A stretch of 64,000 nucleotides of DNA, from NCBI GenBank assembly GCA_973895155.1, contig OZ316891.1:652043-716042 (forward strand), in the 5' to 3' direction. The position numbers and the translations under genes were made by a program. Positions 1 through 13,570 of this stretch are shown piece after piece; the first letter of the stretch is position 1; every line of letters starts with the position of its first letter. This DNA is from Marsupella aquatica (Eukaryota > Plantae > Marchantiophyta). Below the pieces are notes generated by a model. That model did not search any database. It had not been told where the DNA came from and was given only the letters and a program-made list of their open reading frames with translations.

Positions 1-3000
1 GAAAATAAATAAATAGGTGACGCTTGCCGACAAGGGTTACAGCACTTGCGAGAAGAGATTACTAATAGATTGCACCGGGTCCATTCAATCACTGGACTCC
101 AGATCTACAAGATGAAAATGGAGTTGCCCTGTAGCCATAGTCCAGATTCGTCACATACAAAAGAAAGTAATAACATTTCTCTGAGTACTAACAAAATCCT
201 CTTTCTCGATTTTGGGGGAATAGTATGCTGAGTCTCTCATCTGAATTAAAGGTAGATACGTTCAACAACTCGAAGACAAGGCAAATCATATGGAAGATTT
301 CGACTTACCAAGAGCTTTCTTGCTCCGCAAAATATCTCCGTAAATATGGTCTCCAGCATACATCACCTGAGAAAGAAACCTCCGCCGGGGTTATTGGAAC
401 TAGATATGCTAAGGCCGCATTTAAAGTTATTCTTACCCCACATGTGTAAAGTCATGACGTTGTGGTGATCAGAGCCATGCAAAATCTAGGACCAAGTCGA
501 CTATCTGAAAGGCATAGGTTCCCTCCACACGCAAATGTCTCCATATGTCCTTAATCCACTTTGGTAGGCAGAACATGAAAGTTCCTTGCTAGCATCTAAA
601 TTGTCCATCTGCTGCCCAATGTTTTGTAAAATGATGTTATGGTCTAAATCTCACAATCCAAATGAAGCCAATGGTTTCATGTGTCATCCATACCTGTGCA
701 CTCGCCTCGATGGAAAGTAGTTTGTGAAGATGTGCAACGCCTCCACCCTAGATACATCATCGAGCTCATATTAAATTCATTGACCTTGTTCAGGACCCTT
801 TCACAAGTTTCAAAGCTGGAATTTTTTCCACATAATTTGGTCTTAAGGAATACGATTCTACTTCAGTGGGAGGTAGTGTTCCTTTTTTGGGTTTCCAGCG
901 AGAAATCCGTAAAAATAGTCTGTTGTCGTCTAATTTAGCCCTGGTAGTGCCAACAATTTTAGTCTATGGCATGCACAATCTACCATCGATATCTGGAGAT
1001 CCATCTCGGGAGGAAACCTTGCCTGAAATACTCTGGCGCCTTGCTTGGACATTATATCTGGAGTAGTTTCCTCGGACATCCCTCCTATCTGTCAGTCACC
1101 AGAGCATCAGATTCTGTGTTCACTTGGGATGCATAGTGGAAGGTGACTAGTGACTTCGGACGACCCCACAAACTGTTTTTGACATTGTGTTTACTGACCC
1201 AAACCCATGAAAAAATCGATATGTGGAGGGCGTCGACTTTAAACCAAATTTCCCGTTTTATGGCTACCATAGAGAGATTCTCAAGACGGCTCGTACCTGT
1301 GCCTGAGGGCTGCCATTATCAGTGTTCTTCAGCATACCCGTTTTAATCTCCACTTCAAACAGAGGAGCATGGTTACCATCCTTGAAAAATGCAGGCTTGG
1401 CACTGCCCACATAAAACAAATATGGAAGAAGAGATTAATCGTTACACTGACCATCGAGTGCACCAAATAAGTCCTGGACTAGCCTTGCTCCACTTGCCGC
1501 AAAACATGCAGTTAAGTGTCAATCAGACTGTGATGCAATGCTTTGTTTCGAGGGAAATTTGGCGAAGCAAGAACTAATTCAATTCTATAAGCCATCCACC
1601 GGCAACTTGGTCAGCAGACTCAAGCCAGCAGTCAAAGAAGTCATGGACTAGAAGACAGGGTATACATCCTCAAGTTAGGTCAAGGAAGACACCTTCCAGT
1701 GATAACAACATCAAAATAGCTTAGCCAGTCGTGATCACGAGGAATCCCAGTACTTGTCCCTGTCTTTCCAAATAGGTAGTTCATCACTACGTGCGTATAG
1801 TCCCATAAACTGCAAGAAAGGCCACAAAAAAGTCTGTCTTTTCAAGCCAGCCATGAGAGAAGCGACTGCACAGTCAACATCACAAAATGACTTTCTTGAA
1901 GTGAACCTCCACTGACGTCCCCTAAGGTCCTGTGACAATTGCGAGGGCAGAAATAGCAGCTGGGAAAGCATGACATAAAAACCCAGGAACGCCATGATTT
2001 AAAATGACAACAAGGCAACTTGACTTCCTCTGTATCGTTCCACAACTTAAACATAGATCTTAATATCATCTAACCAGCGATCGGTCTATCGTCAACACCC
2101 TTCACGAATTGCTGGGCACTGGGCTCTGATCTAGAATGTATAACTGCTGGACACCTGAGGAACCAGCCAAACGGTTACGCGAAGAACACCTCACACTCAA
2201 TGGGTTTTTAAAGATCTGTTCCACACTACATAGTGTCAACGTGCCCAACTTCCGCTTCGAAAACACATTTCATACTGAAAATAGAAAGTTGCACCTGCAC
2301 CTAGTGCAAAACTGGAGAGAAATACCTATTGGTAACGAGAAAAGTTTTGCGCCCAGATTCTCGGAGCATCTTCAACATTGGCATGATGTTCTGGTCCTCA
2401 TTTATGTACCTGTAAGCAGCACAAACAATTTGAACTAAATTTTTGTCATGGCTTTGAGCTGTACAAGCAAACAGGACTTTCGACGACCAGACAGAGATCT
2501 AGTTCACTTTGATCCTCTTTTGTTTTGTGCAGCAGGGGAAATGACGTCCAGTTGTCATACACATCCTGGAATATACCAGATCACCGAGAAACTAATTTCT
2601 CTCTTCACCATAGAACATTGGTGGGTGCGGCACGAGAACTTATAAGCCTGCAACTCTTGACTTAGGACTTTAGTTTCACATGGGAGGGCATGATGGCAGT
2701 CAATGACCAGAAAGAATCTGTGACACAGATCAACATGTACATCACCAGTATGAATAAAACGTTGATTCTGGGCTTTCAAATGTAGTCTTGAAGAACTTAC
2801 ATTCCAGGATTACTGGCAACTGCTTCCTTAAGGGTACCATCTCGGTGGCACAAATCAACCGCTGTCCGAACATGAGTATACATTTGGGAATAACTGCATC
2901 AAGTCACAAGCAAGACCTGTCATGGGAACTCTATGACGACGATTTGAACGCCACATGTCCAAGCTGACTACTGTATACAGGTCATTCAAGTTTGAAAGAC

Positions 3001-5024
3001 ATTCCATACAACTTGAAAGCAACGCTTTGAATTGAACCGGAAAGGAATTTATACTCAGAGCGTGATGGCAATTTTTCCGGGGAGGCATCCCCAAGCTCCA
3101 CGAGCTGTGCAAACAAATAAGCTTCTCCCAGGGAAAATAAGGTGTCAATTAGGGCATAGTCCGGCTCATCAAATGATTCTCTGGAAAGTCCAGTGCCATA
3201 GATTGAAGCCCGATCCTTCCTGGAGATCTCTTGAAAGCCATGATATGCGACTTTCACATACTTGTGTCGATCCATCTGTCACTCAATTGGGAATCCCTCT
3301 TCAGTTGCTAGCCCAGTAAAAGACGTGGACATAACACATAACAAGCCCAGTATGATGAGATAGCCTGGCAGACTAGTTCATGAATGAACTCTCAATTCGA
3401 CACTCAAGCAAAGCTACCTTGAACAAAATTTCTAGTACGCAGCATTCCATCTAAGCTCTGCGGTAGATCTAGTAACGCTTTCAAAAAGTGCACTGGTTCA
3501 ATTAACAACCAATGAGCTTCCAGCCAAGAAAACACAATCAAGTTCGGACGCGTGGATGGGCTTTGCTTCGAAACCTTCAGTATATTGCCCCTTTTCTTGT
3601 CTAGAACGAGGCCCCTCACCATGTATCTCCAATCAAACTTCCAGTCCAATATCTGCACAGCAAAAATTAAAAATTATGCATTGAGATTATGTCTTTCATT
3701 GCAGCACATTAAACGTATCGTGGGATTGAAAGGTCCGGCCCAGACAAACTCCCGTGAGTTGTTAACACTGATTTACATTTATACGCCTACTTGTGTCCCT
3801 TTTCTCGAACTGTCCATTAATGGTTCTGAGACTGGCTCACCTCCAGCGGCTTGCGCCAAAGACGTACAGCAGACTATTAGCATCAAAGTACAACATTGAA
3901 CAGGGCCCACGGTAACCTGCGAAAGACATGCCTAAAAGTTGAAGGCATGACAATACCTCCTTTGGATAATCAAACTTTTCAACAAGCTTTCTGATGGTCC
4001 CCTCGTACGCTAGAGTCTCGAAAGTCTCAGGTATGTACTGAGCGAGAGTGTAATCCATGTCGAATCCCACTGCTCCGATGCTCTTCATGTTCAGAGACCG
4101 ATTGCAAAATATCCGCTTCCTCTTGTCGTCTGTTCTCACCCATCCTAGAGGTTGACCCGTCATGGCTACGCCAAGTGTCGAAATAGCACAATCCATTGGA
4201 GAGGAATTCTCCAACTTTTGAGTCTCCGCTCCATTGATTCTCCTCATCTTCGAAGGGACCCCTGAATCAACCCATGGCGTGAATTGACAGGAGTAAAGGA
4301 AGAAATTGTGCAGCACACGTGTTATTGCTAGTAGAATGTCGTTCCCGGGCTTTTGGTGCCCACGGGTTGGTGCCCCTTTGCGTTTAACCTCGTTTTGCGC
4401 TCTATAGGTAATATACCTTGTTCTTCCCTTTCAAGAAGTACTACTCTGGTAGCCACAAAATTTTGCAGTGCACAAATTGAAGGGATGAGAGGTCAGATAC
4501 CCAAATGTGCTGCCAGAAGAGGCTTCACTGTGGAACCGTTACTCATCGGAAGAGAAAACATAGAAATAAAAGATGAAATATAAATTCAATTGAACAAACT
4601 CAAGCTATGCATCTGCGGGAACATCACTATAAAATTGCTGCATCATCAATATGGGCAAGGTTTTCGGAAACAACCCAAAACTAGCAACAACTAGTCAACC
4701 TATTGTCTATCCACGAGCGAGTATCTCATTCCGAGGAATTATACCATGATCTTGCGAGTCCGTCATGTCGTGGGGGAGTGGGCCTCTCTCCTGCCGTCCC
4801 GCTGCTGTGCACGAAAACCATTTTAGTTGGAGAACACGCGTCCCGCCAGGAGGAGGCTCGAAAGAAAATCCCCGTGGGGTCGGAAGATGAGGATGCAGTG
4901 ATCGGAGAAAATCGCCATTACTTCGCGGACAGCTACTACCAATGGGGGGTAGGTGAAGCACTGACCAACATGCAAACGACTTGTGCAGGTGGTACAAGGA
5001 TGAAAGGGACGTTCCAGGAAGCAT
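1..5024 (-). CDS. HAD-superfamily subfamily IG 5'-nucleotidase (cN-II/NT5DC-like), probably organelle-targeted; multi-exon, 3' end lies beyond the left edge
   Basis: Spliced exons read RIFCNRSLNMKSIGAVGFDMDYTLAQY (HAD motif I), DWRYMVRGLVLDKKRGNILK, MDRHKYVKVAYHG, AVDLCHRDGTLKE, GRKTFLVTNS/LWDYTHVVMNYL, YFDVVITGSAKPAFF, VFQGGGVAHLHKLL and YAGDHIYGDILRSKK (last visible exon about 296-365). The first exon (5024 to about 4745) resembles a transit peptide and splices in phase to 4261; the start codon is tentative. Confidence 0.93.
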
Positions 5025-7203
5025 TTATGAACACGTCCGCCGCACTGCTCGATTGTTTCTTTATTTCAACTCGCGAGTGTCTTTCCTAGAAGCGAGCAGG
5101 ATTCATTCAAATTGAGGACCTGCTAATCAAATGGCGCCTATGGAATCCGGATGAAGTCTTGTCACACACATCACCAGAGTTCACATTTAAGAGCTTTGGC
5201 AGAGTGATTGCTCATTCATTTCAGTTTGAATACGAGCCAAGGTGTTACGACCAACATCAACAACTTATTCCCCCGCCAGCTATTTGATCGAGCTGAGCGA
5301 TGCTCCCTTCCTTATCTGCAAAAGCTATTAGCACTGTTTGTCTCACAGAGCTCTTGCGATTTATCTATCTACAGACCACCCAAAACTTCCCATATTCCTC
5401 CCCCTCCGCTCCCAGATCTCAATCCCGTAGCTCAGCTTGCGGAAAAGCATCCAATCCCCCGTCACCGTCCTTGCTTACTATGATTTCCCATGAGCAGATA
5501 GATTATCACAGGAACACGAATGAACGAACGAGCGAGCGAACAAGCGAGGACCATCTCTACGATTCACATAGAGGCTGTCATTCATTTGCAGACATCACAC
5601 CTGGGTATGGCCGATGCAGGCAACAAGATGGAACATCATATTGGCCATGGGAAAAAGGTATGTCGTGAATTCCGGGAGCGCTTTTAAAATTTAGAAAACA
5701 TGAATTAAAACAAACACCATTTGAAAGACACCCCTCCGCAGTAACTCTCACTCACTCCAGCAACGTGCCAGATGCGACCTTCTGCTCTGTTTAGGAGTGC
5801 ATACCGCTCGGACGGACGATTGCCCTCGTCTCCGTGGACTTAATAATGATAACTCGATTTAACTCGCATCTCATCCCAGTGCTATCATAACTGATTGTGA
5901 GCCGTTGTCGAGTTAGACCCGTTCAGCTGAAGATAGGACAGGATGGCCAGCATCACAACAACAGCCACATAGTGGTGCGTCCCTACCACAGAACGGACAA
6001 CAGTTCATACAGAGGAAGCTGCGGGATATCCAGTTTTCTGTTCCATTTCGTTTGTCCGGGAAGGGACCCAAAGCAATGCGTGCTTTTCCTCCCCAGATTC
6101 ACAAGTAAATCAAGTCGTATACATTTATTTACTTCCTCGTGCAGGAAAATTTGTTTAACATTGACAAAGTGACAAGTACTAACTTATGAAAAGGAAAGTG
6201 AGTTCTATCCAGCTTCCCACTTCATTTATCCGGGATGAGGAAAAAAGTAGTTGCTGCTTTTCCGCTGAATTATCACAACACTAATGACAAATTTATGTGG
6301 ATAGTACAAACGCTTTACCTTTAATCAGAATCAATGGATAGCTTTGGTGAGATACCAATATGACCAAAGCGACCGCTCCGAAATAGAAGAGGATACGTGA
6401 CAAAACAGAGCGCTAGGAATCACGAATCCTGTCGGAATAGAGACAGTAGTAATTTCCGTGCTGTGCATTTTCTCCTGCAGTTGTGTATTTTGCTTTGTTC
6501 ATCAGTGGAAACGGAGGTCTTCTAGAGGAGTTAAAATAACGAAGAAAATAGGCTGCCAAGATTTGGTGAAGAGCGAACAGACATAGGAGATGAATCGGAA
6601 TAACGTAGAGAAGGGCGCTATGCAATTGTGACGAGATTCGTTCAAGAGTGAAAATCGACGTAACTGATGTGAAAGCTTCTCGGCGAGAGGCAATTGTAAA
6701 ACGGACGTCGATGATGAGTAAAATTAACGAAGAAAAACACCGTGATAAGCGATTTGACACATTCGACAAGGGATAACAATGCAGTGATGGGAGGAAACGA
6801 ACTCACCGTTGCTCTGCTGCACCTCATCTCAACATTCTCAATCTACATTGTCGCAAAACAGCACCAGACCTACGAATTAGCAATCGATTGCGGGAGAGCC
6901 CGGTGTTTACTGTTGTTCCTTCTCCTGTAGCGATTGGGCGCGGCCCTCGTGGGAAAGGACAAACTACAGTCCTTACGTTCTATCACTGTCCCATCGTCTA
7001 TCGCCTGTCACTCGTTCCTGGCCGTCGATCGTGCAGGCCCTTAGCTAACCACGGTTAGAACACCAGCGGAAAGGAGGGTTTTCGTGTTTTTTTTTCTGGC
7101 TAACCCTCCACGCAAGCACAGAAGCAGTGAAAATGTGTAGGGTAACACATCCCCACCCAAGAGGGGGGTAATGGGATGTAATCCCATTGGACCCTGAGCC
7201 TGA

Positions 7204-7287
7204 GGGGCTTACAACCATTATCCGCAAGTGGGGATGAGCTACCGAGGGGCTTACAATCATTATCCGCAAGTGGGGATGAGCTACCGA
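7204..7287. repeat. 42-bp tandem duplication (ggggcttacaaYcattatccgcaagtggggatgagctaccga x2)
   Basis: Two adjacent near-identical copies seen directly in the sequence. Confidence 0.85.
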
Positions 7288-7774
7288 GAGAACAGCTTTA
7301 GTGAATTTTTTGAACTATTCAGTTCAGTTGTACAAAGCAAAAGTATGAAATGTCACTATCTGCAACTTGCAATTTACTCTATTTCTTATTCAAATTTCAG
7401 AATTCTCAGGCCAGGCTGGCCCTGGGGTTCCATGGCTTCACCTGGGGGATAATGTCTAATAACCTTGTACACACATACAGAGGAAAAAATTCAGGAGGGT
7501 TTACGGCTGTGGGAAGTCCAGAGTAGAGTTTGATGTTGTTGTGGCTGTGATTTTTCTTTTTGTAATTGTGTGCGATTTATAGAGAAGAATGCAGTTCAGA
7601 TTTGTATCCAGCACTAGGACATATGTCCTGTAGTTTTTTGCAGAACAATAAATATCAAAAAGAAATTTAGGTCTATAGGTGCTTGTCTGAGGGCCATATG
7701 GGCCCGGTTTGAAGTGACCAGCACGTAAACTCAGCATTTGCCGGACCAAAATGCCTCTACATATTCCATCTTAT

Positions 7775-7975
7775 TCCCCGGCCCGGCCCGAACTTTTCCC
7801 GGCCTCGTCCCGGATGCTACCACCCTTCCCGGCAACCAGCCCGGCCCGGCCCCTCCCCGGACCCAGACCCGGACCCGGCCTGCCCCTTCCCGCCCCCGGC
7901 TGCTGTCCGGGGCCGGGCTGGGGCCGGGCTGGGTCCGGGTGGGAGGAGGGGAGGGGCAGGGTTTAGGGTTTAGGC
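7775..7975. repeat. Very GC-rich ccggc/gccgg quasi-palindromic tract ending in telomere-like gggtttagggtttagg
   Basis: A C-rich half (cccggcccggcccc) is followed by a G-rich half (ggggccgggctggggccggg), embedded in AT-rich DNA. Confidence 0.7.
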
Positions 7976-9362
7976 CAATATGAAAATTTCCGTTTACCTG
8001 TATTAAAAATATCTAAAGTAAAAAATCTCTTTGGCCCTTAAATGTATTAAGGTCCTGTTACCAAACATCATGGGCAATAATAGGACCTCAAAACTTGAGC
8101 TAAAGCTCTTTTGGCATTATGACCTAAAATGCCCTCTAATCAGGATTTTATTGTAGAGATGGTTGTCACATTAGTTCAAGCTTCTTGAAGCTGTCCTTCA
8201 CTTATCAACCTTCCTGATTAGTCTTCTTTTGTATTTTAGTTGGTGCTTGTGGGCCATAACCTACTTGCAGGCCCCAAGATTCCCTGATGTAAATCTCTTT
8301 GTTACTAGCATGGATCAAGGCCTCTACTCTTCCTAAGCTAAACTCACAAGGAGGGTTACTCTCAATAACCTGGGTTATTTGGGGGTTAAAGGTTATAACC
8401 CTTGGGGATTACACCCAATAACCTCAAAACTAAATCCCGGATGTACCTCCACTTTGTCTATGAAGCCCAAGTGGACTGGTGAAGCTTGGATGGACTTGCT
8501 CAGAATATTTAAATTGACTCAGATAACATTATTTACACTTTTGACTGAAATATAACCTGTAAATGGTCTCCTTACCACTTGCAACCAGTTTCAAATACAT
8601 TATTGAACCAGTTTTATAGGTAACTTGACAACTAACTTGATGACCTTGAACCAGAAAGACATCAAGATGTCATGCCATTACATCAGGATTACCATGACAT
8701 CTTGACCACTTTCTCCCCAAAGTACTAAACTGTAATGTGTAATGTGCGACTACTCTAGTTCCATTTTTTAGGTGTGAAAGTAACTTTCACTTTATGCAGT
8801 ACATGGGGATTGGCAAGGACAATGTCTCGGTACGTCCGGGGCTTTCTTTTCCAATAACCTCCTCTTAGCCTGACTATGATCTGTGGTCCAGTAACCATTA
8901 TTATTATATTTAAGTGTAGGAAGTGATGGTGGGCCCGCTAACTCGTGTGCCCCTTTTCACTTTGTCCTTTATTATAATCTCTCCTCATCGCTCTATTCAT
9001 TCTATTGGGAGGCCCTGGATAACACCAGGTGTCGCCCGATTCCATGGCAGACGGGTTACGCTAATGCTGTAGATTCATCAGTCCATCCGTCTACGTGCCC
9101 TCTCGACACGAGTCTACCATAACTGCGCGTCCGCCCCTCATCCATCGTACAGTAGTAGCCCGTCATCCTCCATGATAGTATGATACAGTGATCGCAGCAG
9201 CAGCAGAGAAAACAAACACCTCGGTGGGTGGAGGAAGAAGATCTTAGCTGCACGAGAGGGAACTGGCGGAATATGTGCTTGCTGGGGCTGAGCTTCAGCG
9301 TACGCTTGTAGCGAGAGAATCTGAGCCGAGCGACGAAGCTCTGCGTTCGGCCAGAAGTGCGG

Positions 9363-9440
9363 AGCAGAGCAGAGCAGAGCAGAGCAGGGCATTTCAGAAC
9401 ATTTTGTTTCCAGCTGCCGTTGTTGTTGTTGTTGTTGTTG
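9363..9440 (+). repeat. Microsatellites (GCAGA)n and (GTT)n in the 5' leader of the GDT1-like gene
   Basis: Seen directly, immediately upstream of the ATG at 9444. Confidence 0.85.
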
Positions 9441-9443
9441 GAG

Positions 9444-12400
9444 ATGGCTGCGGTTTCGGCGACCATAGTCGGTTCTGCTCTCGGATCCGCTGCTGCGCGG
9501 CAGACGGCCTCAACCCAGGTGTGGATCTCGATCGGAGGCCATAGCGAGCGCTCTTTGGGAGATTCGAAGACTGTCCGGTGCGGTTCCCCACTATTTTCCC
9601 ATTACAGCTGGATTTCCGGTCTTTGTATCTCCTGCAGTAGAAGTGATTCGTTCAACAGAAGCTTTTCTGTGGTCTGCGTGCCAATTATTCGGTTTTTGTA
9701 GAATGCATGGCGTCGTCATCTGTTGGAGTGTAGGGTCTTTTCCAACATAAATGTGTCTTGTTGCTACCTGTCTGCAATCTGTGTTGGGCAGTGCCTGCTG
9801 TGTATCATAGAAATTGGTTTTCCGAGTGTTTTTTGCAAGTCTGAAACAGTGTCCTTATGATGGAAACTATGACACGCCTTAAAAATTTCCCTGCGGACAG
9901 ACAGACGGGAGCAACTATCATTCCTCTAGAGCCCTCACTAGCTCGGGAATGTAGCTCCAAGGTTTTGAGCTGCTGCGGTAGCAATATCGATTCGACGGGC
10001 AGTGTTTTCCGTGGATGTTCAGGGAAATATGGTGATAGGAGATACTTGGCAGTGCAAGGGTTAGGGGCTGTGGTAGGATTGAGGAGTAGAAATGAGCTCG
10101 GAGAGAGGAGACGGTTTAGGGAGAGCAGCAAGGACACAATTTTGGGGCGCTTCGAGAGGACAAATGATGATTGCAATGCCGGTGAGTTAAGTTTGGCACA
10201 TCCAAATATGGTTTTCAAATGCCGATGAGAAGAATGAAGGAATGCTTGGATTGCAAATAATGTCAAGGATTCTTTCTCCAGTTGTAAAAAAATTCCAGAG
10301 GGAATAAGCGGAATGGTACTAATTAGTCCAATTGATGCAGGACATGCCCATTCTAAAGGGGGGCACCGGTTTGGGACATTGATAGTGAAAGCAACGAGCT
10401 CCAGCTATGGAGGTGCAGATAGCCTCAGTGGTGATGACCAGGGCATTGCTCTCTCACCTACTGGTGACGTAGAAAAGGCCACCAAGCCGTGAGTTTACTA
10501 CACTCTTCCACATAATATGTCGCCATGGGAGCTCTTAAGAAAAAAATCTGCTCAACGGATTCGTGCATGTTGAATATAATCACTTTTCTCGAGGAGGTGA
10601 TGCCAGGTTTCAATATTTTTTACCAACAGCCGCTATATATCTGCTCTTTGAGTCCTAAGTAAATCACAATCTATGTGAACAGAACCCCGGGGCCGAGCAA
10701 ATATAAGGGGAGCCTACAGGCCGTCGGTGTTCTGACGGGTATTTTGGGGATTGGAAGTCTGGTAGCACTGGCTCTCACTCTCTATAGTGGAGGATCCACT
10801 GCACTGCTTTCCATGGTGTCCAAATCCGGCTTTCCTGCGGCGTTCGCCCTCATCTTTGTCTCTGAAATTGGGGATAAGGTGACTTACTTTGTTCTCATCC
10901 TACTCAGATATTGCTGGTCATGAAACCTCTACAGACTACGGCACATATGTGCCCCCCCTTTGGAACATCGTACAATCGCTTTTTTATCTTTGTAAAGAAG
11001 GGAAGTGAAAGGAATGCATAAGTGTGAATATCCACCAATTTACGGCAGGAAGCTTACATTTGTAAGTGACGGGTTTGGTTGCTTTCTAGAAGCGTCCTCG
11101 AGCACTGCACAGTGCTATGTGGTCGTTTATCACTTTCGCGGGCTTGATGTATTTGGTGTGGTGGACATTCGATTTGAGAAGCTCGTTTGTGGAGTTTTCT
11201 CTCCAAGACCTTGTTTTGACATGGATCATTCTTAGATGCTTGTCTGAGGTCCTGAACTCTCTGGTGTGGTTTGGCAGACGTTTTTCATTGCAGCTCTTCT
11301 AGCAATGCGTCACTCCAAATGGCTGGTAGTAACTCTCTCATTGGCCTCCCTTTATCTAGCCAGACTGATGCTTGAAAGCTGTATGATGGTCCGCTAGAGT
11401 TCTTTGATTGTATGCAAAATTTATGCAATACACAACAAGTGAATCTTCAGCTTAGGTAGGAAGTTCTGTTGCGTACGTCCAAAATATTTTCCTCAACATT
11501 TATTTGAAGTGGGATGACAACGGCTGTTTGCAAAGAAGTCCTTCCTCTGTCAAACTGTTTCAAGTCCAAGTGAATGTACAATTGTTGGGATGTTTGATTT
11601 CGTGGGCTTAATTCGCTTCAGAGATACTCATGGGTGACTTCTCTGCGGCGTTTTGACCTCTAACTTCTTTCAGGCGTTTTACTCTTAAGTGCATGTACCT
11701 TGAAACATGAACATGTAATACCTAATGCACGGCACGGTGTGGTCTTGGGAACCTGCTTGAAATGTGCAGGTACTCATTGGGGCCTCAGGTGCATTAGCAG
11801 TTATGACAGTGATATCAGTTATTATTGGGAAGCTTTTTCAGAAGGTGCCGGCGCAGCTTCAAACAAGTATGATCCTACTCCTTTGTACTGAGTATGACCT
11901 TGCCGCATGGGGTAGTCATACCCATGGTTTTCATTTGAGACGTTGCACAAGTTGTTACTTATTTTCAGGACTACTAGAGAGGATTTTAATTATTATTTTT
12001 TTCTCCCCAACTTTGTCATTTGGGTATGCTAAATCCTTGTCAATTATATGTCTATTGTACAGCCCTTCCCGTGGGAGAATATGCTGCTGTGATTCTATTA
12101 ATATGGTTTGGATTACGTTCTATAAAGAACGCTTGGGACATTCCATCGGCTCCTGCTGGTGCCCAAATTCAACCGGAAGAAATAGGTGAATTAGCGGAGG
12201 CAGAGGAATTTCTGAAGCAAGCTGATGTAAGTCGCATAGATGGCTTTTTAACTGCAAGTCGATGGTCAATATCTGAACTCGATTAATAGATCAATGACTT
12301 GATACAACCAGGTTGAATTCTGAGATGCCGAAATTATCTCGTCATAGGATTTGATTAATACCAAGTTTTTGTAGGTGTTGACTTTGCCTTGGGATGACCC

Positions 12401-13570
12401 ATTCAGTGCTTTACTGTTGATTGAAGGGTTCGTTTTCTGTGCTCAGCCACTGGGTGTTGTTTGTCTCGTACTCATCACTTGTGCAGGATAAGAAAGTGTA
12501 TACTCCATTAGAAGTCTTGGGGGAGGCATTCACCCTCATCTTTGTTGCGGTATGTTCATCTTTCAAGTGATGACCTGTCAATGGCTATTAGGATCCCTTG
12601 GTTTACAACGATGAATAGATTTTAAAGTCCACAAAGGCTTGTCAGCAACAGATCGTTCAATGTGGCATGTATTTCCGACAAAGAATGACATGCAGCAAGA
12701 GTCGTCAAAATGATGCTGGGCCTCGGAACTGATGCAGGAATGGGGAGACCGGTCGATGCTCGCCACCATTGCTCTAGGAGCTGCTCAGGTAAGGATGCAA
12801 TTCATTAAACTCGATGTCGGTTGAGTCCCTTAATTGGGTTGGCTAGGGTTGAGTCAAGGTGAGCTGACGTTTCATGCCTTTCGAAGGCTCTGTCTGGAAA
12901 AGTTACTTTTCAAGGAAGAAGGTAGCCGTGCAGGTACCACAGTGCTTGTAAATGCGCTGCACTGGGGGTTTGTCCATTGTTTGTCGTGTTACTGCTTTGG
13001 GTATCTAAAAGGACGCCATAGTGAAGTACCAAATTTGAATTCCCCATTTCTGGATGGAGACGCCCTCCACTGTTTGATGAAGTCCTTGAAAATGTCTAGC
13101 CACGTGTTCATTAGGGTAATATCCACTTTTGAACAAAGGGGAAGTTTTCGTCACTTTAAGCAGCGATTAAGATCACAAGGGAGTTTTTTGTAGCAGAGTA
13201 CTTGGCTCTTTCAACCTAATTTTTTCTGTCACTTCTTTGTGTCTTTTGGATGACCAGTCCCCATGGGGTGTTGCATCTGGAGCTATTGCTGGACATGTGT
13301 TGGCAACTCTATTGGCAGTTGTTGGAGGAGCATTACTTGCACGATACCTCTCCGAAAAGCTGGTACGATGCCATTTCTCGTCCCATGTTTGTTTATCGTG
13401 CACAAGAGGTTGATAGTTTTCCAAATTTTGAACTATTTTTTCATGGGCCTTGGATGAACGTGACTAATTGTTTCCCTTGTATATGTGGCCTAATTCTGAT
13501 TCAGATTGGATACATTGGAGGATTCCTTTTTCTTGTATTTGCTGCTGCCACTCTAGCGGGAGTATTTTAG
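9444..13570 (+). CDS. CMT1: GDT1/UPF0016-family plastid Mn2+/Ca2+ transporter (CMT1/PAM71-HL-like); multi-exon
   Basis: Two ExGD(K/R)(T/S) motifs (FVSEIGDKTFFIAALLAM and EWGDRSMLATIALGAAQSP), plus KVPAQLQT-LPVGEYAA and C-terminal IGYIGGFLFLVFAAATLAGVF. These match my recollection of Arabidopsis At4g13590 better than PAM71. The 5' exon structure (9444-10490) is uncertain. Confidence 0.9.

Noticed and set aside
7958-7975. Interstitial telomere
   Set aside because: Only about two TTTAGGG units, too short to call.
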